This document shows positions 9,494-18,649 of a stretch of DNA of 49,421 nt, piece by piece. How positions within the stretch are numbered: position 1 is the first letter of the stretch; every line of letters starts with the position of its first letter. Where the stretch lies: the NCBI GenBank assembly GCA_944350285.1, contig CALVOL010000001.1:1-49421 (forward strand), read 5' to 3'. A program made the position numbers and the translations under genes. The notes under the pieces were generated by a model. The model made no database searches and was not told where the DNA came from. It saw only the letters and a list, made by a program, of their open reading frames with translations. Source of the stretch: an uncultured Bacilli bacterium. Its GTDB lineage: Bacteria; Bacillota_I; Bacilli_A; RF39; UBA660.

Positions 9494-9522
9494 ATTATAT
9501 ATTACGAACACATGTTTGTCAA
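9494..9522 (-). promoter_or_regulatory. consensus sigma-A-type promoter
   Basis: The minus strand reads TTGACA (9517-9522), a 17-nt spacer, then TATAAT (9494-9499), matching both hexamers exactly. It lies about 180 nt upstream of the methyltransferase start. Confidence 0.6.
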
Positions 9523-9592
9523 CGGCAAATTGTAGGATATTATATTATTTTTATGTAGAGAAAAAACAAAGTATGGGAAAGACTATGTTAGA

Positions 9593-10666
9593 CTATCCTT
9601 CTACTTTGTTATTTTCTTTTTTTGATCTTTCTAAAGTAAATACTTGGTCTCTAAAGGGTTCTCTTTCTTGAAACCGAATATAAGCATATTTAAGTAATAG
9701 TTGATTGTAAAATGTCACATCAAAGATTTTTTTGTTCATTTTTAATCGTTCTAAACATTCTTTTAATATTTTTGTTTCTTCTTCGGTAAATTCATAAATA
9801 GTTAATTGATTTTTTAGATAATGTAGGCCCCGACTACGGTCTGTTTTGTCATAGTAAGCACAAGTTAAAATAATTCGTTCTATCATTGTTAATAAAGGAG
9901 TTTCTAGCATTTCTAAAGAAAGGGTTCCTTGATAGAGTTGTGTCAGACATGTTTTTATATAAGGATGCAGCCAAGAAGAAGTGGTTTGGTTTTTTTCTTG
10001 ATTTAATATTGGTCTGGTATAGGATTTCTTTTTACCGGACATTCTTTGGTTATCTTGAGACATCACGTCTTTCTTTTTCATCGATAAAAGGAATTCTTTT
10101 TCTTTAGCAATCCGTTCATTTTCCTGACATCTTTCTTCGGTGCAAGCTTCAAGTGCTTCATCGTATCTTCCTAATCTTATTAGGCAAGAAATCTTTTGCA
10201 AGCAAATTGCTGTTGACTCACATCGTTCTTCTGTGCATTCTAGCAGTGCACTAAGATAATTTCCCATCATCATTAAAAGTTTAATTTTTTGAGAAACTAT
10301 TACCAAATCGTTTTGAGCATCAGGTATTTCACATAATCCCAAAGCGATTAGACTCGATTCGGGAGCCCCTTCTAAAGTGAGTTCTTTGATTTTTTTAGAA
10401 AGATTAATCATTACCCTTTGTTTCATTTGTTCTATTAATGGGATACGTGAATATTGATGGCTTAACTCACAAGCCTCCTCATACATTTCATTTTGCATAT
10501 ATCTCATTATCATAGCTAGTATTTCTTTTACTTCTTTGTTATATCCTAACTTTTTTAAACAGATAAATACCATGATTTTTGGAACGCCGTTTATGCTTTG
10601 TATTTTTACATAATCTGCTTTTAAAAATTGTCTTATAACTTCTTGTTTTGTTTCTTCGTTATACAT
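9593..10666 (-). CDS. hypothetical protein, shorter paralog of the HTH/32-aa-repeat protein
   Basis: The track begins at TTG 10687. An AGGAGA SD followed by the ATG at 10664-10666 gives MYNEETKQEVIRQF..., parallel to MYDNDTKEKIWICF of the neighbour. It contains ALLECTEERCESTAICLQKISCLIRLGRYDE / ALEACTEERCQENE repeat units. Its C-terminal ~100 aa align with the neighbour (ILTCAYYDKT..LKECLERLK vs ILKIGYYERN..LKQSLERVK). Confidence 0.55.
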   Translation of the reverse strand: MYNEETKQEVIRQFLKADYVKIQSINGVPKIMVFICLKKLGYNKEVKEILAMIMRYMQNEMYEEACELSHQYSRIPLIEQMKQRVMINLSKKIKELTLEGAPESSLIALGLCEIPDAQNDLVIVSQKIKLLMMMGNYLSALLECTEERCESTAICLQKISCLIRLGRYDEALEACTEERCQENERIAKEKEFLLSMKKKDVMSQDNQRMSGKKKSYTRPILNQEKNQTTSSWLHPYIKTCLTQLYQGTLSLEMLETPLLTMIERIILTCAYYDKTDRSRGLHYLKNQLTIYEFTEEETKILKECLERLKMNKKIFDVTFYNQLLLKYAYIRFQEREPFRDQVFTLERSKKENNKVEG

Positions 10667-10739
10667 AAATCTCCTGCTTTCTATCAAAGTGCAGTATTTA
10701 CTTTATCACATTTTAGAATAATAGTATAGATATATTCTT

Positions 10740-12545
10740 TTATTTTATTAATAGTCTTAACAACCGTTCTTTATTTTCTTCAGTCGCTGGTCTATTTTTT
10801 AACTCTTCGATATAGTCCCATGCTCTTAAGGCTTGCTCTTTTGTATTCTCTGAATATAAATATTTGTATAACCTTAACTCAGTTTTATAAATTCTTTCGC
10901 GATACGCATCTTTTAATAACAGAACATTTTCTTCTGATTTTTCTTTCTTGGTTTGTTGCTTGGCTAAATCATTTCTTTGCGTTTGATGGCTAACAGTTTG
11001 GCCTGTAGATATTACGTAATGTTTTGATGCTTTTGGAGATTTTTCTTTTTTTACCGAAGGAACTTCTTTAGAAGGTTTCGTTGTTGGTTTTTGGGTTATC
11101 TGTGTTTTTTCTTGTTCTAGTTCTGGAAAAACCACCAGATTTTTTCCACATAGTATATGGTTATAGTAAGCAATATCAAAGTAAGGAGAATGTTTTTTTA
11201 CTCTTTCTAGGCTTTGTTTCAATATTGTTAGCTGTTCTTTATCAAATTGATGTTCAGCAATTTCCTTTTTTAAAATAGATAATGCTTTTTTTGAATGATT
11301 TCTTTCATAATAGCCTATTTTTAAAATTATTTTTTCCCAAGTACTAAGTGAAGAGTTTTCTATCATAGAAACAGTACAAGAATTGTTATATAAGTGAGCA
11401 AGCATTATAATTACTTCTGTCACATCTGGTTTCTCAAAGCATACGTTTTGGGCAGTAGATAGTATTATTTTTTGGTCCGGATTTTCTGTTGAAATTGTTT
11501 GTAAAATGCTTTGATATAATGATAAAATCATTGGCTTCTGTTTGTTTTGCTCACACAAGAAAAGTGCTTCTTCTTCTCTGTGTAATTTCAATAAAATTCT
11601 GATTTTTTGTGCTAAAATAGTTGAATTTTCGTTACATTTTTCTTCTGTACAGAGAGCTAAAGCTTTGTTCAATTTTCTTTGTTTTGTCAAAATTGCGATT
11701 TTTTGAGATAAGATAATTAGGTCTTCATTACAATTTTCTTCCGTGCAAAGAGCTAAAGCTTTGTTCAATTTTCTTTGTTTTGTCAAAATTGCGATTTTTT
11801 GAGATAAGATAATTAGGTCTTCATTACAATTTTCTTCTGTGCAAAGAGCTAAAGCTTTGTTCAGTTCTCCCTGTTTTATCAAAATTGTGATTTTTTGAGA
11901 TAAGATCGTTATATCTTCATTGCAATTTTCTTCTGTGCAAAGAGCTAAAGCTTTGTTCAGTTCTCCCTGTTTTATTAAAATTGTGATTTTTTGAGATAAG
12001 ATCGTTATATCTTGATTACAATTTTCTTCTGTGCAAAGAGCTAAAGCTTTGTTCAGTTCTCCCTGTTTTATCAAAATTGTGATTTTTTGGGATAAGATGC
12101 TTATATCTTCATTGCAATTTTCTTCTGTGCAAAGAGCTAGAGCTTCCTTACATTTTCTTTGAAAGATTAGTATTTCAATTCGCTGAGATATGATAATAAG
12201 ATTTTCTGTTTCTATAGAACACAACTTTAAAGCTAAGTCCCATTGCTTATTTGATATTAAAGACTTTATTTTCTTTGATAATTCTTTTATAAGATATTCA
12301 TGATACCTCTTAAAAAGTGAGATATCATGATAGAGCTTTACTAGCTCTAAAGCTTTCTCATATTCTTTAGAATTCCATAAATTATTTATAGTTTGAAGAA
12401 TTTTTTTAGTATCTCTATTATAACCTTCTTCTCTTAACCACTTATACACTGTTGACTTTGAAATATCTAGCATTTCTTTGACTTCTAAGTTTTGGTTTTC
12501 AAAAAAACAAATCCAAATTTTTTCTTTGGTATCATTATCGTACAT
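10740..12545 (-). CDS. hypothetical protein: N-terminal helix-turn-helix + tandem 32-aa Cys-pair helical repeats + conserved C-terminal domain
   Basis: It is 601 aa. An AGGGAG SD precedes the ATG. The HTH-like segment is EMLDISKSTVYKWLREEGY. There are six near-identical units ALALCTEENCNEDITILSQKITILIKQGELNK plus degenerate flanking units. The tail is lysine-rich. Confidence 0.6.
   Translation of the reverse strand: MYDNDTKEKIWICFFENQNLEVKEMLDISKSTVYKWLREEGYNRDTKKILQTINNLWNSKEYEKALELVKLYHDISLFKRYHEYLIKELSKKIKSLISNKQWDLALKLCSIETENLIIISQRIEILIFQRKCKEALALCTEENCNEDISILSQKITILIKQGELNKALALCTEENCNQDITILSQKITILIKQGELNKALALCTEENCNEDITILSQKITILIKQGELNKALALCTEENCNEDLIILSQKIAILTKQRKLNKALALCTEENCNEDLIILSQKIAILTKQRKLNKALALCTEEKCNENSTILAQKIRILLKLHREEEALFLCEQNKQKPMILSLYQSILQTISTENPDQKIILSTAQNVCFEKPDVTEVIIMLAHLYNNSCTVSMIENSSLSTWEKIILKIGYYERNHSKKALSILKKEIAEHQFDKEQLTILKQSLERVKKHSPYFDIAYYNHILCGKNLVVFPELEQEKTQITQKPTTKPSKEVPSVKKEKSPKASKHYVISTGQTVSHQTQRNDLAKQQTKKEKSEENVLLLKDAYRERIYKTELRLYKYLYSENTKEQALRAWDYIEELKNRPATEENKERLLRLLIK
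11568..12239 (-). repeat. in-frame tandem repeat, 96-bp period, about 7 units
   Basis: The string ttttgagataagataattaggtcttcattacaattttcttc occurs at 11701 and again at 11797, a 96-nt offset. Neighbouring units share runs of more than 40 identical nt. The period equals the 32-aa protein repeat. Confidence 0.85.
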
Positions 12546-12665
12546 AAAACTCCCTGACTTTCTATAGAACTTACTAAAACTTTATCATATTTTATTCTAA
12601 AATACTAGAATAAATTTTTAGGTTTAAATCTGCCAAATACTACCATACTAAAAATGGTGAAATTT

Positions 12666-14102
12666 ATGAAGAATGAAATCGTAAAAAGAATTGAAAGAGA
12701 TTTTAGTAACACAGTTGATTTAGTTATTAAGCCTATTCGTGTTTCTGTGTTACAGACCATCTATGTTATTTATTTAGAAAGTGTTACCGGTAGCGATAAA
12801 GTCAATGATTATATTTTAAAAAATATTAGTTTTTTAAACGCTATTCGCAAAAACAAGTTTTCTGATTTACCGAGTTTAATTCCAGCTCCAAATACTAAAA
12901 TTTTAAATCATCCTGATGAAATTGAGTTTTATATTACTAATGGATTTACAATTGTTATTCGTGGGAAAGATATCTTAGCGTTAGAAACACGAGCGGATAT
13001 TCAAAGGGGAATTCCAGAACCTACTACAGAACAAGCAGTTTTTGGACCAAAGGATGCTTTTACAGAAAATATTCAAATTAATTTAGGATTGTTAAAACGA
13101 AGATTAAAAAGTAAAGATTTAAAGGCGAAAAGTATTGTGTTAGGAAGAAAAACGAAAACTATGATAGAAATTATCTATTTTGATGATATCTGTGAAGAAG
13201 AGCTTGTTACACATATCGAAACTGAGCTTAAAAAGGTTGATGTTGATGGAATATTGGATTCAGGAAATATCGCGGAGTATTTATCGGAAGAAAATAATAC
13301 CCACTTTCCTACTGTTATTAAAACCGAACGACCTGATACGGCTAGTAAAGCTTTGTTAGAGGGAAAAGTTTTGATTTTTGTTGATACTTCGCCATTTGCA
13401 CTGATTGTGCCAGGATTTTTTTCTGATTTTTTAAATCCAGTATCGGATAATTATAAAAAAAGTAATAATATTAATTTTTTAAAGATCTTGCGATTTTGTT
13501 GCTTCTTTTCAACTATTTTAGCACCGGCTATTTATATTGCTCTTATTAATTATAATCCAGAAACCATTCCAACTAGCCTTTTAATTAATTTTAGTACGCA
13601 GCGAGATAATGTTCCTTTTCCGGCGATTGTGGAAGCGATTATGATGCTAATTATTTATGAAATCTTAAGGGAAAGTGATGTACGGTTTCCAAATTCTTAT
13701 GGAAGTGCCATATCGATACTAGGGGCTCTGATTTTAGGAGAAGCGGCCGTGAATGCGGGATTTGTAAGTCCTATTATGATTATTGTTATTGCATTTACTT
13801 TTATTACTAGTCTTATTTTTACCGAACAGGAAATGGTCAATGCGGCTAGACATTGGCGAATCTTATTTTTAATTGCCGCGGCCTTTTATGGGTTATATGG
13901 AATTGTTTTAGCGTTTATTTATTTCTTAAGTCATGTTACAGAGTTAAAAACTATGGGAAAACCTTATTTTTATCCGATTGCCCCATTTGACCGTGTTTAT
14001 CTTTATAAAGGGTTACTGAAACAGGATATAGAGCTGGATACGAAACGTAGTAAGATGCTCGCACCTCACAATGAAACAAAGCAAAGGAGAAATGAAGGAT
14101 GA
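12666..14102 (+). CDS. spore germination protein, GerA-family A subunit
   Basis: PEPTTEQAVFGPKDAFTENIQINLGLLKRRLKS and the C-terminal membrane segments are typical of GerAA/GerKA. The track starts at ATG 12654 without an SD. The ATG at 12666 follows GGTGA by 5 nt. Confidence 0.85.
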   Translation: MKNEIVKRIERDFSNTVDLVIKPIRVSVLQTIYVIYLESVTGSDKVNDYILKNISFLNAIRKNKFSDLPSLIPAPNTKILNHPDEIEFYITNGFTIVIRGKDILALETRADIQRGIPEPTTEQAVFGPKDAFTENIQINLGLLKRRLKSKDLKAKSIVLGRKTKTMIEIIYFDDICEEELVTHIETELKKVDVDGILDSGNIAEYLSEENNTHFPTVIKTERPDTASKALLEGKVLIFVDTSPFALIVPGFFSDFLNPVSDNYKKSNNINFLKILRFCCFFSTILAPAIYIALINYNPETIPTSLLINFSTQRDNVPFPAIVEAIMMLIIYEILRESDVRFPNSYGSAISILGALILGEAAVNAGFVSPIMIIVIAFTFITSLIFTEQEMVNAARHWRILFLIAAAFYGLYGIVLAFIYFLSHVTELKTMGKPYFYPIAPFDRVYLYKGLLKQDIELDTKRSKMLAPHNETKQRRNEG

Positions 14103-15190
14103 AAAAATTACTTATTCTACTTATTGTTCCCTTCTTTTTAACGGGATGTTTTGACTATCAAGAACTAAATAATCGGGCAGTGATTGCTGGAGTGGCTATT
14201 GATTATCAAGAGGATGCTTTTCTAGTAGACTTGGAGATTTTAAATAATAAGAAAAGTAGCAGTCAAGAGGAAGAAAGCGATAAAACCTATTATGTCTCTG
14301 GGACTGGCTCTACATTAGATGAAGCGTTTCAAACTGCTCATTCCAGGCTTAGTAAAGACCCTTACTACTCTCACTTGAAGGTATTAATTTTGGGTACGGA
14401 ATTAACAGAAGAAAAACTAGCAGATGTTTTGGATTACATGATAAGAGATGCAACAATACGAAATATTTTTCTTCCGGTTATTGCTAAGGGGGTTAGTGCT
14501 AAAGAGATATTAGAAAGCACTACGAAAGAAAATCCGGTTGTTTCGACTTCTATTCAAAGTATGATTGAAAATAATAAAACTAATGATAGTATTAGTACAA
14601 TAAGAGATTTTGAAACATTTGTTAATGATATCATTGATCCTTACCGAGATGGGTATATTAATACTGTCAGTAAAGAAGAAGACACGATTTATCTCTCTGG
14701 TGTGGCAGCCTTCCATGAAAAACAGCTTGCTTTCTTTTTGAACGCGGATGATGCGATTGTATTTAATACTTTAAACAATGACTCGACAAACTATTATGTC
14801 AATTTGGCTTGTGAAAATGATAAGGAGGAATATTTAACAATTAAATTATATCAAAATGAAGGAACAAGCTTTGAGTTTCAAGAGAATACGATTACGGTAA
14901 AGAGTAAATTAAATGCTTCTATTATTGAAGATGGCTGTGGGTATGATTTTCGTGACGCGGATATTTATCCAAGCTTAGAAGAAAGGTTTCAACCGATTAT
15001 TGAAGAAGAATTTACCCAGGTTATCAATGATTTAAAAAGTCATCAAACGGATATTTTAGGAATTAATTCGCTCTACTATAAAAAATATAGAACTCCTCTT
15101 GACTCTTGGTATCAACAAAATTTCTTATATGATATCGAAGTAACGATTAATAAAAATGGACTCATATTCGAGGTGAATCAAAATGACTAA
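14099..15190 (+). CDS. spore germination lipoprotein, Ger(x)C family
   Basis: It has the lipobox FFLTGC and the FDYQELNNRAVIAGVAIDY opening typical of GerAC/GerKC. It overlaps the A subunit gene by 4 nt. Confidence 0.85.
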   Translation: MKKLLILLIVPFFLTGCFDYQELNNRAVIAGVAIDYQEDAFLVDLEILNNKKSSSQEEESDKTYYVSGTGSTLDEAFQTAHSRLSKDPYYSHLKVLILGTELTEEKLADVLDYMIRDATIRNIFLPVIAKGVSAKEILESTTKENPVVSTSIQSMIENNKTNDSISTIRDFETFVNDIIDPYRDGYINTVSKEEDTIYLSGVAAFHEKQLAFFLNADDAIVFNTLNNDSTNYYVNLACENDKEEYLTIKLYQNEGTSFEFQENTITVKSKLNASIIEDGCGYDFRDADIYPSLEERFQPIIEEEFTQVINDLKSHQTDILGINSLYYKKYRTPLDSWYQQNFLYDIEVTINKNGLIFEVNQND

Positions 15191-16172
15191 GACAAAGACA
15201 ACAGCATTATCTTATTTTTTAGGAAGGACTTTCTTTTTAGGGTTTGGCTTTTCTGTTTTGTTTAAGCTTCTTAATAAGGATACGTGGATTGTAGCAATTC
15301 TAGGAAGTATTTTAGGGTTCTTACTCCTTTTATTCTTTGAGCGTTTTAAGGAAAAGCACCCTATTAATTCTGTGGTGAAAAAAGGGCTGTTCTTTCTCTA
15401 TAACTTCTTTATTTTTTCGCAAATTCTCTTTATTTTTGAGACGTTTTGTTCTTCCTTTTATTTAATTAAATCGCCTATCTTTTATATTATTTTGCCTATT
15501 CCTTTTGTGATTTATAAAATTACTAAGAACGGGTTTTCGACGATAGCTAAGGTTGCAGAAGTCCTCTTACCTATCTCTTTGTTTATCTATGTTTTGGTTA
15601 TCTTTGGGCTCTTTAAAGATATGAATTTGGACTATTTTCAGCCAGTTCTTACGGCAAACCCTCAGGATATTGTCATTGGCACTATTTACTTTGCGCTTTA
15701 TTCTACAGCTCCTTTTTTCCTACTATGGAATGTCAATACGGATAAGAAATTAGCCAAATCTTATTTTCTATCAATGGTCAGTGTATTTTTTGTTTCCATC
15801 TTTATTACGGGAATTTTAGGACCGAACTTATCACAAATCTATCGGTTTCCTGAATATATGACAATGAAAAAGATTAAGTTATTTAATTTTATTGAAAAGG
15901 TAGAAAACATTGTTTCTATCACCTGGTTATTTAGTCTTTTTATTACTCTATCGGTGACAGGATGGAATATGAAAGAACTGTTACCGCAAAAAAAGAACAA
16001 TATTCTTTATATCGGAGTTTTAATTCTTCTTTGTTTTATTTCGCTTTATACAGGAACACATTATCAAAAAGAATTATGGATTTATCATACATTGCCAATT
16101 CTACTCGGAGTGATGATGTTGATATTAGTGCTTGTTAGTATTTTGCCAAGTAAAAAGAAATCAAAGTCTTAA
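15183..16172 (+). CDS. spore germination protein, GerA-family B subunit (APC-type permease)
   Basis: It is a 329-aa polytopic membrane protein with an 8-nt overlap with the C subunit gene. It is the third gene of an A-C-B (gerK-like) operon. Confidence 0.75.
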   Translation: MTKTKTTALSYFLGRTFFLGFGFSVLFKLLNKDTWIVAILGSILGFLLLLFFERFKEKHPINSVVKKGLFFLYNFFIFSQILFIFETFCSSFYLIKSPIFYIILPIPFVIYKITKNGFSTIAKVAEVLLPISLFIYVLVIFGLFKDMNLDYFQPVLTANPQDIVIGTIYFALYSTAPFFLLWNVNTDKKLAKSYFLSMVSVFFVSIFITGILGPNLSQIYRFPEYMTMKKIKLFNFIEKVENIVSITWLFSLFITLSVTGWNMKELLPQKKNNILYIGVLILLCFISLYTGTHYQKELWIYHTLPILLGVMMLILVLVSILPSKKKSKS

Positions 16173-16186
16173 CCTTGATTTCTTTT
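16154..16186. terminator. bidirectional hairpin terminator between convergent genes
   Basis: AAAGAAATCAA (16154-16164) pairs with TTGATTTCTTT (16175-16185) around a 10-nt loop, with A/T-rich flanks. It overlaps the last codons of the ger B-subunit gene. Confidence 0.5.
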
Positions 16187-16187
16187 A

Positions 16188-17156
16188 TTATATCCGTGTA
16201 TATTTACGGATTAATTGATTAGGAAATGTAGCGTGATTGATTTGGAAAGTCATTTTTTCTCTATCGTAAGGAACTTCTACTGCTTCAAAGTAGATGTGTT
16301 CGTTATCAAAAGTAAGAATTAGATACTTTGCATGGTCGACAGAGTCATAATCTGAAAAACCAAGAGCTGCACCTCTGATGGCATAAAATTTTGTGTTTTG
16401 GTCTTCTTCTAACACTTCGAAATGTGTATGTCCTTGAATGATGTAATCATAATCATAGACTGTTTTTAGTTTGTCTTGATGAAAAAACAAGGGTTCTTCT
16501 ACGCTGGATAGATAGCCTCTTAATGATGGGTCTTTTTCTATCCGCATCTTTTGTTTTTTTACCTCATTTTGGATTTGTTTTAAACATTCTTTGGCCGTAG
16601 AACTCTGGGCAAGTTTTTTTAGGTCTATACCAAGTCTATAAGCTAAATAAAGCATTTGGGATTTGCTATTGGTATAGGAAAATTGAGGATACCCGTTTTG
16701 ACCTTTTTGGATTTTATTCATATACATATAGGAATTATGGTATAAAAAGTCCCAGCGGACATCGTTTGCAAAGTGACAAAGAGCTAGATGATGATGATTG
16801 GTATGAAATTCAATGGAATGTGGCCAGTTTGACATCTCTATTATTTGTTCTGTGGTCAATTGGGATTTTGTAAAAACGCTGTCATTTATTTTTTCCTGTG
16901 TTAAATAAGACTGAAACATTGCAGGACCATGAAGTAATATTTCTTCGTAATTTCCTAAAACAGAGTGAATATTGTTTTCTAAAAGACACGTCATTACCTC
17001 ATAAGGACTTGGGCCAATGCCAACGTTATCTCCTAAGGAATAGATTTCTGTAATGCCTCTTTTTTTGATATCCATTAAAATGGCTTCTAGTGGTTCTAGA
17101 AGCCCGTGAATATCAGTAAATATTGCAATTTTTCTTGGTGTATTTTGAACTTGCAT
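16188..17156 (-). CDS. metallophosphoesterase family protein
   Basis: It has IAIFTDIHG, SLGDNVGIGP and IIQGHTH motifs. An AGGGGGA SD precedes the start, which lies 9 nt after the miaB stop. Confidence 0.7.
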   Translation of the reverse strand: MQVQNTPRKIAIFTDIHGLLEPLEAILMDIKKRGITEIYSLGDNVGIGPSPYEVMTCLLENNIHSVLGNYEEILLHGPAMFQSYLTQEKINDSVFTKSQLTTEQIIEMSNWPHSIEFHTNHHHLALCHFANDVRWDFLYHNSYMYMNKIQKGQNGYPQFSYTNSKSQMLYLAYRLGIDLKKLAQSSTAKECLKQIQNEVKKQKMRIEKDPSLRGYLSSVEEPLFFHQDKLKTVYDYDYIIQGHTHFEVLEEDQNTKFYAIRGAALGFSDYDSVDHAKYLILTFDNEHIYFEAVEVPYDREKMTFQINHATFPNQLIRKYTRI

Positions 17157-17165
17157 GTTATCCCC

Positions 17166-18584
17166 CTAACTATGGATTTTCTCGTTTATCTCACCGTCTA
17201 GGCTAAAGCTTTTGGCGTCGGTTATTTTTACATCGATGATTTTACCAATTGTATTTTTTGGAGCTTTGACATTAACTAGTTTCATCGTATCCGTGTAACC
17301 ATAGACCTTAGTAGAATCTTTTTCACTTTCGCCTAACACTAGTACTGGTGTGATGTGACCTACTAATCTTTTATTGCTTTCTTTTGAATAAAAGTTAATT
17401 CGTTCATTCAAGCGTTTCAACCGTTCTTCTTTTTCTTCAAGAGGTGTGTCATCTTTCATTTTGGCAGCTGGTGTTCCTTCTCGTGGACTAAAAATAAATG
17501 TGAATGCCCCATCAAATTTACACTCTTCTACGACTTCTAGAGTACTTTCAAAATCACTTTCTGTCTCACCTGGAAAACCAACAATAATATCTGTTGTAAT
17601 GGATACATTTGGAATTTGACTCTTCATTTTATGGAATAAATCAAGATATTCATTTTTCGTATATTTTCTGCCCATTAATTTTAATATTCTGTCCGAACCA
17701 CTTTGGAGTGGTAAATGAATATATGGCATGATGTTATCGTATTTGGCAATGACTTCAATCATTTTATCGGTAAAATTCCATGGATGGCTGGTAACAAAGC
17801 GAATACGTGGAATACCAGTTTTCGCGACTGCTTCTAAAAGTTCAGAGAATTCAACCTTTTCTTTTAAATCATGACCATAGGCATTCACATTTTGACCAAG
17901 AAGGGTTACTTCCATATAGCCTCGATTTTTTAAGGCCTCTACTTCGCTTACAATTTCGTCCATATGACGACTTCTTTCTTTGCCTCTTGTGTATGGCACG
18001 ATGCAGTAGGTACAGAATTTATCACAACCATAGATAATATTTACCCAAGCTGTAATCTTTGAGGCTCTTTTATAAGGAATATGTTCATATACATCGCCTT
18101 CGATACTGTAAACTTCGATATCTTGTTTTTCTGCTGCAGCATCTAATAGCATACTACCAAGTTCATGAATGTTATGCGTTCCAAAGACAATATTGACATA
18201 AGGATGATGTTTTTTTAAGTTTTCTACTACACCCTCTTCTTGGCTCATACAACCACCAATGGCTACGATGACATCTGGTCTTGTTTTTTTTAAATGTTTT
18301 ATTCTTCCTAGATAACCAAAGACTTTATCATGGGCGTTTTCTCTAATTGCACAGGTATTTAATACAATGACATCACTGTTTTCTAGGTCATCACAAGCAC
18401 TCATTCCTAGGTGCTCTAAAATCGAGGCCATTTGTTCTCCATCATGTTCATTCATTTGGCAACCATAAGTTCTCAAGAAATATTTTTTTCCTAAAAACTT
18501 TGTTCCACTCACGATAGGATTTTCTTTATATTCCACTTCTTTGTCTGTTCTAATTCTTGCTTTCTTTAAATCAGGGTAATTCAT
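17166..18584 (-). CDS. miaB: tRNA-2-methylthio-N6-dimethylallyladenosine synthase
   Basis: It is 472 aa. It has N-terminal UPF0004 cysteines (YGCQMNEHD ... NTCAIRE ... GGCMSQ), the radical-SAM motif GCDKFCTYCIVPYTRGKERS, and a C-terminal TRAM region. Confidence 0.9.
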   Translation of the reverse strand: MNYPDLKKARIRTDKEVEYKENPIVSGTKFLGKKYFLRTYGCQMNEHDGEQMASILEHLGMSACDDLENSDVIVLNTCAIRENAHDKVFGYLGRIKHLKKTRPDVIVAIGGCMSQEEGVVENLKKHHPYVNIVFGTHNIHELGSMLLDAAAEKQDIEVYSIEGDVYEHIPYKRASKITAWVNIIYGCDKFCTYCIVPYTRGKERSRHMDEIVSEVEALKNRGYMEVTLLGQNVNAYGHDLKEKVEFSELLEAVAKTGIPRIRFVTSHPWNFTDKMIEVIAKYDNIMPYIHLPLQSGSDRILKLMGRKYTKNEYLDLFHKMKSQIPNVSITTDIIVGFPGETESDFESTLEVVEECKFDGAFTFIFSPREGTPAAKMKDDTPLEEKEERLKRLNERINFYSKESNKRLVGHITPVLVLGESEKDSTKVYGYTDTMKLVNVKAPKNTIGKIIDVKITDAKSFSLDGEINEKIHS

Positions 18585-18649
18585 AGCAACACTTCCGTTT
18601 CTGCTTTAATATTGTATCAAAAAGAGCTTATAAAGTCTATAAACAATAC

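Noticed and set aside
9315-10739. I looked for a secreted pro-peptide gene that would make the HTH/repeat proteins an RRNPP-type quorum-sensing pair.
   Set aside because: There is no small ORF with a signal-like hydrophobic N-terminus and a proper SD downstream of, or between, the two genes on their strand. The only minus-strand candidate is a 22-aa, highly basic, TTG-initiated ORF with a poor SD.
11568-12239. Regularly spaced, near-identical 96-bp repeats could be mistaken for a CRISPR-like array or a non-coding satellite.
   Set aside because: There are no unique spacers between units. The period is a multiple of three, and the repeats are in frame within a 601-aa ORF that encodes a 32-aa protein repeat.
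12622-12650. A possible forespore sigma-G/F-type promoter lies upstream of the germinant-receptor operon (CATACTA at 12644-12650, with GTTTA 17 nt upstream).
   Set aside because: Only the -10-like element is convincing. The -35 deviates from the G-H-A-T-R consensus, and the region is so AT-rich that such matches occur by chance. I left it uncalled.
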